64,000 nt of DNA from positions 36,974 through 100,973 of the forward strand of contig JAUXXH010000021.1 of the NCBI GenBank assembly GCA_030684935.1, written 5' to 3'. Shown in pieces: positions 1 through 9,539 of this stretch. The DNA is from Pseudolabrys sp. (GTDB lineage Bacteria > Pseudomonadota > Alphaproteobacteria > Rhizobiales > Xanthobacteraceae). The position numbers and the translations under genes are program-made. Every line of letters starts with the position of its first letter. The first letter of the stretch is position 1. The notes under the pieces are model-generated. The model was not told the DNA's origin, did no database searches, and worked only from the letters and a program-made list of their open reading frames with translations.

Positions 1-213
1 GTTGTCGGCGTAGATGAACACCGTGCCAATGCCGACACCCGCGCGCAGCGCAATCTCGCGCGTGGTGGCGTCGTCGAAGCCCTTGGTAACGAACAATTCG
101 CGCGCCGCGATCTTGATCCGATGCAGCTTGTCGATCTTGTTCTTCTCACGAAGCCCCAGCGACGCATCGTCTGTAGGACGGAGGCTTGATCTCTTGGTGG
201 TCAAGGCTGGCAT
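1..213 (-). CDS. TetR family regulator (N-terminal part; runs off window start)
   Basis: Manual translation from ATG 213: MPALTTK...LREKNKIDKLHRIKIAARELFVTKGFDDATTREIALRAGVGIGTVFIYADN, a TetR HTH closely resembling the TetR at 30943. Confidence 0.9.
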   Translation of the reverse strand, partial: MPALTTKRSSLRPTDDASLGLREKNKIDKLHRIKIAARELFVTKGFDDATTREIALRAGVGIGTVFIYADN

Positions 214-336
214 TGGATTCTCACGAACTTTCTGACCGGAAATGGTGATGGCTCATCTAGCCGTTCGAGCACAAGGCGACGCAAGCGGTTGTCCCCACCA
301 CGGCCCGGCTCCCACCGTAGCCCAGGACGAGCGCAC

Positions 337-376
337 TTGACATCGAAATGAACGTGCTCAATTATGACTGTACTCA
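337..376 (+). promoter_or_regulatory. sigma70-type promoter overlapped by tandem TGA-N6-TCA operator
   Basis: TTGACA at 337-342, then TGAACGTGCTCA-ATTA-TGACTGTACTCA (349-376); same layout at 30721-30748. Confidence 0.65.
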
Positions 377-481
377 GTATTGGGAGGAACGCCCGCAACG
401 ATCACAACAAGCGGGCGCCAGATCAGCCAACCGGGGCCGCGAGGCATCCGGTCGCCAAGAAGCATGCAGGGAGAGCTTTCG

Positions 482-1468
482 ATGACCACCGTGGGCCACC
501 GCCGCTACGTTGCCGTGCTGTTGCCGTTCGACAAGGCCTTCAAGGTCGATGAGCAGGCCTTCAGGCGTTATGTCCGTTATTTCGCCGACGACCCGCGCTT
601 CGCGCGCGAAGGCGGCCTCTGCATCAATCCGGAAGCCGGCGAGATCTTCTATCTCACGCGCGAGGAAAAGCGGCGCGTGCTCGAGATCGCGATGGAAGAG
701 GCGCACGGCAAGCTGCCGATCATCGCCGGCACCTGGGCGATGACGACCGAGGAAACCGTCGCAACGGCCAAGGACTGCAAGGCGCTCGGCGTCGACGGCA
801 TTTTCGTGACGCCGCCCGGCGGCGCACAGGACGTCACGTCATGCTGGGATGCCGACGGCTATCCGGAAATCTGGCTCGACCAGATCATTGCCCAGGATCG
901 CGCCGTCGATCTGCCGATTATCACCCATCCCGTCGGCGGCGCGAAGCCGCCGTTCCACCCGGGCCTGCCGCTCGCCGCGACACTGCACATCTGCCGCGAG
1001 GTCCAGAACGTGGTCGGATGGAAGATGACCTACATGTATGACGGCTTCCGCATCATCGCCAAGGCGCTGCGCGAACTGGACCGCCCCGTTGCCGTCATGG
1101 GCGCGCTGGCGTCCCGCTTCCATGAATACAAGGCCACGGGAATGTTCGACGGCACGCTGAGCGGCTTCTGGACCTTTGCCAAGGAGCCCATGCTGGATCA
1201 TCTCGACGCATGGGACGCGCGCGACATCGACAAGGCCTGCGCGATCTGGGACGGCGGGCTGTGCGACCTGCATGAGTACATCGCCGACATGGGCCGGCTG
1301 CATATCCGCTACAAGACGGCAACCTGGCTGCGCGGCCTCATTCCGAATCCGTTCATGCGCGCGCCTATGCCGAAGCCGAAGCAGCAGGAGATCGACACGA
1401 TCTATCGCCTGCTCAAGGACCTCAATCTCGATGTGATCGAGTTGAAGGAAACGCGCCTCGCCGCCTGA
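482..1468 (+). CDS. Dihydrodipicolinate synthase/NAL-family aldolase (divergent)
   Basis: AVLLPF...GEIFYLTREEK, Schiff-base Lys in VVGWKMT; RBS GGGAGAG before ATG 482. Confidence 0.8.
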   Translation: MTTVGHRRYVAVLLPFDKAFKVDEQAFRRYVRYFADDPRFAREGGLCINPEAGEIFYLTREEKRRVLEIAMEEAHGKLPIIAGTWAMTTEETVATAKDCKALGVDGIFVTPPGGAQDVTSCWDADGYPEIWLDQIIAQDRAVDLPIITHPVGGAKPPFHPGLPLAATLHICREVQNVVGWKMTYMYDGFRIIAKALRELDRPVAVMGALASRFHEYKATGMFDGTLSGFWTFAKEPMLDHLDAWDARDIDKACAIWDGGLCDLHEYIADMGRLHIRYKTATWLRGLIPNPFMRAPMPKPKQQEIDTIYRLLKDLNLDVIELKETRLAA

Positions 1469-1506
1469 TATCCGCGGCCGTCCGACCTCTCAAGGAAGTG
1501 TCTGAA

Positions 1507-3309
1507 ATGAGCAAGATCGGCACCAGCATGCTGACACTGGGTTCGAGCGAATCGCCGCCGACCGACTACGACCGGCCGCCGACCTTCCACGGCATGATCC
1601 GCGAGACCGACGTCTATGTTCCGATGCGCGATGGCGTCAAGGTCTGCGTCGATATCTACCGGCCGGACACGACGGACAAACTCCCGGTGCTGCTGGCCTT
1701 CGCGATCTACAACAAGGACTTCCAGGGTCCGGACGTCGCCAAGGATCTGCCGCCGCAGCCGGCGTGGACGCCGCTGTGGACCGGCCCGCTCGAGGCCGGC
1801 GACACGCACTTCCTGGTGTCGCGCGGCTACATCCATGTGATCGGATCGCCGCGCGGTGTCGGCAAGTCCGAAGGCGGCGGATCGCGGCAATGGGACAGCT
1901 ACGATCTCATCGAGTGGATCGCCGCGCAGCCGTGGTGTGACGGCAATGTGGGAATGGTCGGCATTTCCGGCTTCGGCGCCGAGCAATTCCACGTCGCCAA
2001 GCAGCAGCCGCCGCATCTCAAGGCGATATTCCCGTTCGACCCGCGCGGCGCCTATGGCGTGCTCGGCAGCTTCCGTGAGGAATATCCCGGCGGCGTGCTG
2101 CACCTGTTCCGCTATCTGGTCGGCCACTTCTCGGCCATGCACCAGCACAAGGGATCGCCGGGGCCGCTGCCCGAGCCCAGGGAAACGTACTGGCGCGACG
2201 CGATGGCCAATCCCGATTACCGGATGTACCCGAACATCCTGAACCTGCTCGCGCAGAAGGGGCAGCACATGCCCCCGATCTTCGATCTGTTCATCGATCC
2301 TTACGACAAGCCCGGCGCCACCGAACAGGCCGAGGCCGACCTGTCGAAGATCAAGGTGCCGTTCTACACGGGCTCGGGCTGGTACGGCTATACGTACAAG
2401 ACCCATCTGAACGGCGCGCAGAACTATTTCGCGGCGGTCGATGCGCCCAAGAAGCTGATGCTGACGGGACCCGCTCACGTCGAGCGCCCCTTTCATTCCT
2501 TCCACCGCGAGATGCTCAAGTGGTTCGACCACTGGCTGCGCGGGATCGACACCGACATCATGCGCGAGCCGCCGGTGAAGTACTGGGTGATGGGCGAAAA
2601 CCGCTGGCGCACCGCCGCGAACTGGCCGTTGCCGGAGACGCAATGGACCAAGCTCTATCTCAACAGCTGGGAACGCCTCGGCGCCGAGCCGTTCACGCCT
2701 GCGAGCGTCGACCAGTTCATCCCGCCCGATGCCTTCGTGCAGATGCCGCCGACCCAGACCAAGACGATCCAGAAGCTCCGCTACCTCACCGATCCGCTGC
2801 CGGACGATCTGCTGGTCGCCGGCCCGATCTCGCTGACTTTGTTCGCTTCAATCGACCATGACGACACCAACTGGTTCGCCATCCTCAAGGATGTCGGGCC
2901 GGATGTGTCGGTGATGAGCGTGCGCGAAGGCGAGCGTGAACGGCCCGCCGACCTGCCCGAGCGCGAGGTCACCCGCGGCTGGCTCAAGGCCTCGCTGCGC
3001 GCCACCGACCCGAAGCGGTCGAAGCCGTGGAAGCCCTGGCACCTCCTGACGCGGGACAGCCGCAAGCCGGTCGTGCCCGGCGAGGTCAACGAGTATCAAA
3101 TCGAGATCATGGCGACGGCCAACCTGTTTCGCAAAGGCCACCGCATCTGCCTGGAGATCGCCAGCCTCGACCTGCCGACCGGCGTCGCCGGCGCCACCAA
3201 TGCCGAGTACGTGCCCTATCACATCTGCAGCAGCCGGGCCGTGCTGCACAAGATCTATCACGATGCCGACCGGCCGTCGCACCTGCTGCTGCCGGTCATA
3301 CCGGCCTGA
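1507..3309 (+). CDS. CocE/NonD family serine hydrolase
   Basis: VPMRDGVK..DIYRP, RGVGKSEG, DLIEWIAAQPWCDGNVGMVGISGFG, C-terminal PSHLLLPV; start 1498 or 1507. Confidence 0.88.
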   Translation: MSKIGTSMLTLGSSESPPTDYDRPPTFHGMIRETDVYVPMRDGVKVCVDIYRPDTTDKLPVLLAFAIYNKDFQGPDVAKDLPPQPAWTPLWTGPLEAGDTHFLVSRGYIHVIGSPRGVGKSEGGGSRQWDSYDLIEWIAAQPWCDGNVGMVGISGFGAEQFHVAKQQPPHLKAIFPFDPRGAYGVLGSFREEYPGGVLHLFRYLVGHFSAMHQHKGSPGPLPEPRETYWRDAMANPDYRMYPNILNLLAQKGQHMPPIFDLFIDPYDKPGATEQAEADLSKIKVPFYTGSGWYGYTYKTHLNGAQNYFAAVDAPKKLMLTGPAHVERPFHSFHREMLKWFDHWLRGIDTDIMREPPVKYWVMGENRWRTAANWPLPETQWTKLYLNSWERLGAEPFTPASVDQFIPPDAFVQMPPTQTKTIQKLRYLTDPLPDDLLVAGPISLTLFASIDHDDTNWFAILKDVGPDVSVMSVREGERERPADLPEREVTRGWLKASLRATDPKRSKPWKPWHLLTRDSRKPVVPGEVNEYQIEIMATANLFRKGHRICLEIASLDLPTGVAGATNAEYVPYHICSSRAVLHKIYHDADRPSHLLLPVIPA

Positions 3310-3406
3310 CGCAACCACGCCATCGCATCACGCACCACGCCGCCGCGACGAAGGACTGGAACAACAAACGGCTCGGCAAGAGCCAAACACCACAGGGAGA
3401 AAACAG

Positions 3407-4369
3407 ATGATCACCTTACCGCGTGTCCTATTGCTGCTGGCGGCGCTCGTACCGGCGAGCGCCGTCGCGCAGACGTTTCCAACCCGCCAGGTCACCATCA
3501 TTGCCGCGACCACGCCGGGCTCGCTGCCCGACGTGCTCGCGCGCCGGGTTGCCATCCAGCTGTCGCAGAAGTGGGGCCATCCGGTCGTCATCGAGAACCG
3601 GCCGGGCGGCGCCTATGCCATCGCGGCGACGGCCGTGATCAATGCGCCGGCCGACGGCTACACGCTGCTCGTCAGCGAAGCCGGGCTTTACACGACCCAG
3701 CCGCACCTCGTGAAAAAGCGCAAGGATTATGCCGCAAGCGACCTGACGCCGGTCAGCGGCATGGCGAGAATCCCGCTGGCCTTCGTCGCGCATCCTTCGC
3801 TCGGGGCGAAGACGATCGGCGAGCTGATCGCGCTGGCCAAAGCCAAGCCGGGCGCCATCAACTACGGCACCACGGGCCCCGGCACCGCGCCGCACCTGGG
3901 CGTGCTGCTGCTGGAGAGCATGGCCAAGGTCAAAATGACGGCGGTGCATTACAAAGGCGTGTCGCTGGCCAATAACGATCTCCTGGCCGGACACATCCCG
4001 CTTCTGGCGATCGCCCCGTCGCTGGCCATGCCGGCCTACAAGGCCGGCAAGGTGAACATGCTCGGCATCGCCGGGACGCAGCCGATACCCCAGCTGCCGG
4101 GGGTCGCGACCGTCGCCGAAACCGTTCCCGGTTTCGAGATGAACGTGTCGTTCGCCTTCTTCGCGCGCGCCGGCACGCCCAAGGACGTGATCGCCAAGAT
4201 CAATGCCGACGTGCAGGAGATCGTCAAGTCGCCGGACTACCAGAAATTCCTGGAGCCGCAGGCGCTCCAGCCCATGCTCGGGTCGGCGGACCAGCTGGCG
4301 AAAACAATGGCGGCGGAATCCGACAAGATGGAAAAGCTGATCCAGGAGGTCAATCTCAGCCTCGAGTAA
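3407..4369 (+). CDS. Bug/TctC tripartite tricarboxylate transporter substrate-binding protein
   Basis: Signal peptide, FPTRQV, VVIENRPGG, APADGYTLL; RBS AGGGAG. Confidence 0.9.
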   Translation: MITLPRVLLLLAALVPASAVAQTFPTRQVTIIAATTPGSLPDVLARRVAIQLSQKWGHPVVIENRPGGAYAIAATAVINAPADGYTLLVSEAGLYTTQPHLVKKRKDYAASDLTPVSGMARIPLAFVAHPSLGAKTIGELIALAKAKPGAINYGTTGPGTAPHLGVLLLESMAKVKMTAVHYKGVSLANNDLLAGHIPLLAIAPSLAMPAYKAGKVNMLGIAGTQPIPQLPGVATVAETVPGFEMNVSFAFFARAGTPKDVIAKINADVQEIVKSPDYQKFLEPQALQPMLGSADQLAKTMAAESDKMEKLIQEVNLSLE

Positions 4370-4424
4370 CCGCGCGTCCCTCGGGACGAGGCATTGGCTT
4401 GAGCGGATGCGCGGCGCCCCTGAT

Positions 4425-4449
4425 GCCGAAGCCGGGTCCCGGCTTCGGC
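4425..4449. terminator. Hairpin between convergent Bug and terminase genes
   Basis: 11-bp perfect stem GCCGAAGCCGG/CCGGCTTCGGC; no clear U tract. Confidence 0.45.
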
Positions 4450-4577
4450 TGCCGCGCTTTGGGCGGCCTTTGCCTTTCGTCAGACCCCGCCGCCGGTTGC
4501 CCAGCGGGCCGCCCTCCGCGGCCGGCCGCGACCCGGACCGGCCCGTAGCCCCATCTACGCACCCTCAGCGGCCCCCC

Positions 4578-5960
4578 TTACAAAATCCGGATCCGCGGCT
4601 CGACGCGCGGTTTGATCAGCTCGGTCACCGCCCAGACCAGCGCGTCGAGGCGGTCGGGCGAGCGGCCCGATGACAGGCCGCCGAGGCCGAAGTCGCACAT
4701 CTCGTCTTCCAGCGCGGTGAACGGCCGGCCCACATGCCGCGCCTTGCCCTGCGCATAGAGCGCCGCCACCGGCTCGGCGCGCACATACTTGCCGCGCGTC
4801 GCATGCACGCTGCGCACCGGCACATTGCGGTCGATCTGGCGCAGCACCGCGCTCACCATGTCGCCGCCCATGTTCACTTCCGCGACGATGGCGTCGGCCT
4901 TGAGCCGCTGGTACAGCGCGATGGCGCGCGATGCCCAGCCGTGCGGCGGCAGGCCCGCCGCGCTGGCGTCCTCCAGCACATAGACGATGCCCTCTTCGCT
5001 GATGCCGGCGGCGACAATGCCGCAGGCGTCCGAGCCGGGCTTCGCCGACCCCGGCGGATCGATGCCGACCACGACGCGCATCAGCGGCGGCGCCTCGCCA
5101 ACGCGCAACGCCTCGAGCATGGCGCGCGACCACAGCGCGTCGGCGCGCTCCTCGATGATCTCGCCGTCGATCTCCTGCCGGCCCAGCCGCGTACCGGCAT
5201 AGCGGCCGATCACCGCCTCGATGAAAACCGGCGACAGATGCACGGCATTGGCCTGCGTCGGCGCCCGCGTCACCGCGGTGCGCGGATCGGTGACCAGCCG
5301 CTTGATCAGCGCGATCGGCCGCGGCGTGGTGGTGACGAGCTGGCGCGGCCGCAGGCCGAGACGCAGACCGAACTGCAACATGTCGAAGGTGGCGTCGGGA
5401 TCCTTCCACTTCGCCAGTTCGTCGCACCAGGCGGCGTCGAATTGCGGCCCGCGCAACTGGTGCGGCTCCTCGGCCGAATAGGCATAGCCGATGGCGCCGT
5501 TCGGCCACTCCAGCCGCCGCCGCGTTGCGGTCCACTGCGGCCGCCGCCGCGGATGCGCGGTGCGCAACAGGCCGGACGGCCCCTCGATCATCACCTCGCG
5601 CACGTCATGCGCGGTTTCGCCGATCAGCGCGATCGAGCGCGCCTTCATCTGCGCATAAGGGCCTATGCCTTCGACCACCGCCCGTACCCATTCGGCGCCG
5701 AGGCGCGTCTTGCCGGCGCCGCGGCCGCCGAGCATCAGCCAGGTGGTCCAGTCGCCGCCATTGTGCGCCTGCGCGCGCGGCAACTGGTGCCGAAGCGCCG
5801 TGATGATGAAGTCGCGGTCAACCGCCCACGTCAGGCGCTGGTCCGTCTCCACGATCTTCCGCACGAGATTCGGATTCGACAAAAGCTTCAATGCGCCGCG
5901 CAATCTCATCACGGAAGGCATCGATATTGGCGTAGCGGTCGTCTTCGTCGAACGGGACAT
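4578..5960 (-). CDS. Terminase large subunit, gene transfer agent type
   Basis: Walker A GGRGAGKTR, LRGPQFDAAWCDE, LQFGLRLG, nuclease VGIDPP, SPDRLDALVWA; start uncertain (5960/5921/5909). Confidence 0.9.
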   Translation of the reverse strand: MSRSTKTTATPISMPSVMRLRGALKLLSNPNLVRKIVETDQRLTWAVDRDFIITALRHQLPRAQAHNGGDWTTWLMLGGRGAGKTRLGAEWVRAVVEGIGPYAQMKARSIALIGETAHDVREVMIEGPSGLLRTAHPRRRPQWTATRRRLEWPNGAIGYAYSAEEPHQLRGPQFDAAWCDELAKWKDPDATFDMLQFGLRLGLRPRQLVTTTPRPIALIKRLVTDPRTAVTRAPTQANAVHLSPVFIEAVIGRYAGTRLGRQEIDGEIIEERADALWSRAMLEALRVGEAPPLMRVVVGIDPPGSAKPGSDACGIVAAGISEEGIVYVLEDASAAGLPPHGWASRAIALYQRLKADAIVAEVNMGGDMVSAVLRQIDRNVPVRSVHATRGKYVRAEPVAALYAQGKARHVGRPFTALEDEMCDFGLGGLSSGRSPDRLDALVWAVTELIKPRVEPRIRIL

Positions 5961-6480
5961 CGGCGGTGGTCCTGACGGGGCCGGAGGGCACGCCTCGCCT
6001 GCGGCGGATTTGCGCGAAGGTGCGGGTGAGATCGTCGATCGTGCGGGCGCTCGCCTCGCCTTCCCCGGAAAGCCCGGCGGGTGTCGCCGGCAACCGTCTC
6101 TGCCACGCCGTCAGGGCGGCGAGCATCGCGCCGGCCGCGACCACCAGGTTGTCGAATATGTCGGGGTCCGCGGACGACGGCCCGGGCGTGAGGCGCTGCT
6201 GGTCCAGCGCTTCAGCGACGCTCTGCAAGGACGCCGCCTTCGGCAATTCGCGCGGCACCGGTTGACGGCGGGCCCAGCGATGCTCCCGCACCAGGCGGCG
6301 CAGTGTCGTGTCGCTCATCCTGTAGTCGGCGGCGATGGCGACCATGGTGTCGTCGGTCTCCTCGTAGCGCCGGCGGATGTCTTCGAGCAGCGCGGGCGTT
6401 AAATGGATGCGCCGGCGCGAGGCCGGCTTCGGCGTGACGGGCGCTGGCGCGAGCGCATCCGGGCGTGGCGGTGCCGCCAT
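5818..6480 (-). CDS. Putative small terminase-like protein with N-terminal HTH
   Basis: Directly upstream of and overlapping the large terminase; HTH-like IAADYRMSDTTLRRLV; C-terminal DAFRDEIARRIEAF resembles the GTA small terminase tail. Confidence 0.55.
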   Translation of the reverse strand: MAAPPRPDALAPAPVTPKPASRRRIHLTPALLEDIRRRYEETDDTMVAIAADYRMSDTTLRRLVREHRWARRQPVPRELPKAASLQSVAEALDQQRLTPGPSSADPDIFDNLVVAAGAMLAALTAWQRRLPATPAGLSGEGEASARTIDDLTRTFAQIRRRRGVPSGPVRTTADVPFDEDDRYANIDAFRDEIARRIEAFVESESRAEDRGDGPAPDVGG

Positions 6481-6644
6481 CGGCGAACTCCGGAAAAATT
6501 GTGAACGACAGGATGTGAGTGGCAGCGCCGGGGCGGGCCATGACAGACGCAAAGCAGCCAACGCTGCCGCAACCCTAACGGGGCAGCGTCACGCTGTCAA
6601 GGATTATAGTCCGCACATCCATCAGGGGACGCGACCCCGACCCC

Positions 6645-7535
6645 TCAGGCGAGCCCCCGCGTCGTGTCGTCGAACAGATCATCGACGCTGTAGCGCGTCG
6701 GGATCAGCTTCTGCTGTACGGCGATGTCGATGATCGCCTCCAGCGACGGCCGGTTGGCCTCGACGCCGAATGTCAACTGCGCGGCGTTCTTGTTGCCGGC
6801 GGCGACCGCGATATCCCGGGCTTCCTTGAACAGGCGAAACACCTCGCGCACCACATCCGGCCGCGTCGCCGACAATTCGCTGCGGATCGCCAGCATGTGG
6901 TTGATCGGATTACCGTGCTTGGCCGCCCAGGCGGCGGCCGCCGCTTCGCTGTCCGGAATGAGAACCTTCAGCCGCGGGTCGGGCAGCTTGTCGCCCAGCA
7001 CGGCGGCATCCAGTTCACCGTCGAGCAGCATCTGGGCCATGTCCTTGCCGGCGGCGGCGCGCTCCATGCCGGGCGGATCGGTGTATTCGGCGACATGCGG
7101 ATCCTCGAACGTGACCCAGTGCACCTTGTCGAGGTCGAGCCCATACTGCTCGCGCAGGATGCCGCGCACCCAGACGCCGGTGGTCACGCTGTAGGCGCGA
7201 ATGCCGACGCGCTTGCCGGCGAGGCCCTGCGGCGTCAGTTCGCCGCGCTCCGGATTATAGGCCAGCGTATGATGCTGGCTGCGCGCCACCACCAGCGCCG
7301 GCAGCAGCACATACGGCTTGTTGAACGCCTTGGCCTGCAGGAAGGTGACGATCGCCAGTTCGCCGAGGTCGAACTTGTGTTCGCGCACCAGCGGCTTGAA
7401 GCCCTTGTTCGCCACCTGGATGTCGGCGAATTCGAAGTCGACGAGCTCGGATTTGACGTCGCCCTGCTTGATCGGCAGCGTGTTCGGATAATTGCCGAGC
7501 AGCGTGAAGAGTTTGACCTTGCCGGACGTCGCCAT
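6645..7535 (-). CDS. 4,5-dihydroxyphthalate decarboxylase-like protein (PBP type 2 fold)
   Basis: FDLGELAIVTFL, GKRVGIRAYSVTTGVWVRGIL, PINH, FGVEANRPSL; no signal peptide. Confidence 0.7.
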   Translation of the reverse strand: MATSGKVKLFTLLGNYPNTLPIKQGDVKSELVDFEFADIQVANKGFKPLVREHKFDLGELAIVTFLQAKAFNKPYVLLPALVVARSQHHTLAYNPERGELTPQGLAGKRVGIRAYSVTTGVWVRGILREQYGLDLDKVHWVTFEDPHVAEYTDPPGMERAAAGKDMAQMLLDGELDAAVLGDKLPDPRLKVLIPDSEAAAAAWAAKHGNPINHMLAIRSELSATRPDVVREVFRLFKEARDIAVAAGNKNAAQLTFGVEANRPSLEAIIDIAVQQKLIPTRYSVDDLFDDTTRGLA

Positions 7536-7579
7536 CGATGGATCCTTGCTGATTTCGTGTCGCAGGTATGGGCGGCCGC

Positions 7580-8611
7580 TTACGCCGACAGCCCGACCGC
7601 CGCCAGACGCGCCTTCAGGCGCGGATAGACGCGCAGCGCATTGCCGGCGTAGATTTTCGACTTGTCGGCCTCGGAGAGCCAGGAAACGTTCTCGACGTAT
7701 TTCCGGGTGTCGTCGAATTCATGCCCCGTGGCCGGGTCGATGCCGCGCACCGCGCCGACCATTTCCGATGCGAACAGGATGTTCTCGATCGGCACCACCT
7801 TGGTCAGCAGCTCGATGCCGGGCGTATGATAGACGCAGGTATCGAAGAACACGTTCTTCATCAGGTGTTCGGTCAGCTCCGGCTTGCCGTTGTTGAGCGC
7901 CAGGCCGCGGTAGCGGCCCCAGTGATAGGGCACCGCGCCGCCGCCGTGCGGAATGATGAATTTCAGCGTCGGGAAATCCTTGAACAGGTCCGACAGGATC
8001 AACTGCATGAAGGCGGTGGTGTCGCCGTTGATGTAATGCGCGCCGGTGGTGTGGACGCAGGCATTGCACGACGCGCTGACGTGGATCATGGCCGGCACGT
8101 CCAGCTCGACCATCTTCTCGTAGACCGGATACCACCAGCGGTCGGCGAGCGACTTTGTTTGCCAGAAGCCGCCCGACGGATCGGGGTTCAGGTTGCAGCC
8201 GACGAAACCGTATTGCGTGACGCAGCGCTCCAGCTCCTCGATGCAGTTCTCCGGTGCGACGCCGGGCGACTGCGGCAACTGGCAGACGCCGATGAAATTG
8301 CGCGGATAGAGCGTGCAGACGCGGTGGATCAAGTCGTTGCAGAGGCGCGTCCATTCGACGCTGGTGCGGGCGTCGCCGATGTGATGGCCCATGCCGGCCG
8401 CGCGCGGCGAGAAGATCGTCAGATCGGTGCCGCGCTCGCGCTGAAACTTGAGCTGCGCGCCCTCAAGGCTTTCGCGGATCTCGTCGTCGGTGATCTTGAG
8501 GTCCCAGGGCGCCAGATGCTCGTGCCGGCCGGCCGCCTCGGTCTGCTTCTTGCGGAAGTCGTGCAGCTGCGCCGGTTCGGTGGTGTAATGGCCGTGGCAA
8601 TCGATGATCAT
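7580..8611 (-). CDS. ligJ: 4-oxalomesaconate hydratase (amidohydrolase superfamily)
   Basis: MIIDCHGHYTT, FSPRAAGMGHHIG, NLNPDPSGG, PHGGGAVPYHWGRYRG, FASEMVGAVRGIDP. Confidence 0.85.
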   Translation of the reverse strand: MIIDCHGHYTTEPAQLHDFRKKQTEAAGRHEHLAPWDLKITDDEIRESLEGAQLKFQRERGTDLTIFSPRAAGMGHHIGDARTSVEWTRLCNDLIHRVCTLYPRNFIGVCQLPQSPGVAPENCIEELERCVTQYGFVGCNLNPDPSGGFWQTKSLADRWWYPVYEKMVELDVPAMIHVSASCNACVHTTGAHYINGDTTAFMQLILSDLFKDFPTLKFIIPHGGGAVPYHWGRYRGLALNNGKPELTEHLMKNVFFDTCVYHTPGIELLTKVVPIENILFASEMVGAVRGIDPATGHEFDDTRKYVENVSWLSEADKSKIYAGNALRVYPRLKARLAAVGLSA

Positions 8612-8654
8612 GGCGTCGGTCCCGGTCAGGCGTTTCAGGGTCAATCGTAAAGCG

Positions 8655-9530
8655 TTATTGGCCGAAAATGTCACGGGTTTCCGCGAACATGTCGTCGACC
8701 GATATCCGTTTCGGAATGAGCTTCTGCTGGTAGGCATATTCGGCGATCAGCGCCAGGCTCGGCCGGTTGGCCTCGATGCCGAACGGGATCGGGTCCGGGC
8801 TGGCCGGCGTCCCCGCCAGCCGCTTGCCTTCCAGCAACAGCCGGTACACTTCGCGCGCCGTGTCGGGATCGGCGGCCACGTCCTGGGGCCGCATCACCAC
8901 CAGATGATTGATCGGCACCGCCTTCTGCTTGGCGTACCAGGCCGCCGCCTCGGCCTGCGGGTCGCCAAACAGCGACCGGGCGCGCGGATCGTTCGACGAT
9001 TCGCCGAGCACGGCGTCGAGTTCGCCGTCGAGCAGCATCGGCACGATTTTCCGCCCTTCGGGCGCGCGTTTGGTCGTGTCCTTGTACTCGGCCACATGCG
9101 GGTCCTCGAACGTGACCCATTCGATGCTGTCGAGATCGACGCCGTAGTCGTTGGCGAGAATGCCGCGAATCCACGCGCCCGTCGTGGTGGTGAAGGAGCG
9201 GATGCCGACACGCTTGCCGTTGAGGTCGGACGGCCGCATCGGGCCCTTGTCGGCGTTATAGATCGCGAACGGATGCTGGAACCGCCCGATCATCGCCGCC
9301 GGCAGCAGCGCCAGCGGTTTGCCATGCGCCTTGGCGATCAGATAGGTCACCACCGCCATTTCGGAGACGTCATAGCGGTCTTCACGGATCATGCCCTTGA
9401 AGCCATCCCAGACCGGAACGATCTCGGTGAAGGCGAAGCTGACGCGGTCCGACTTCACCGCGCCGGTTTTCAGCGGCGCGGTGTGCGGATAGTCCCCGAT
9501 CAACGTCTTCAGCGTCTTGGCATCGGGCAT
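8655..9530 (-). CDS. 4,5-dihydroxyphthalate decarboxylase-like protein
   Basis: YDVSEMAVVTYL, GKRVGIRSFTTTTGAWIRGIL, FGIEANRPSL; paralog of 6645-7535. Confidence 0.7.
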   Translation of the reverse strand: MPDAKTLKTLIGDYPHTAPLKTGAVKSDRVSFAFTEIVPVWDGFKGMIREDRYDVSEMAVVTYLIAKAHGKPLALLPAAMIGRFQHPFAIYNADKGPMRPSDLNGKRVGIRSFTTTTGAWIRGILANDYGVDLDSIEWVTFEDPHVAEYKDTTKRAPEGRKIVPMLLDGELDAVLGESSNDPRARSLFGDPQAEAAAWYAKQKAVPINHLVVMRPQDVAADPDTAREVYRLLLEGKRLAGTPASPDPIPFGIEANRPSLALIAEYAYQQKLIPKRISVDDMFAETRDIFGQ

Positions 9531-9539
9531 CGGTCGCCA

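Noticed and set aside
482-1468. dapA of lysine biosynthesis
   Set aside because: Lacks GTTGE and the catalytic Tyr motif, and lies in a catabolic operon
4578-6480. Prophage
   Set aside because: Only the terminase pair is present; no integrase, structural, lysis or replication genes in the window
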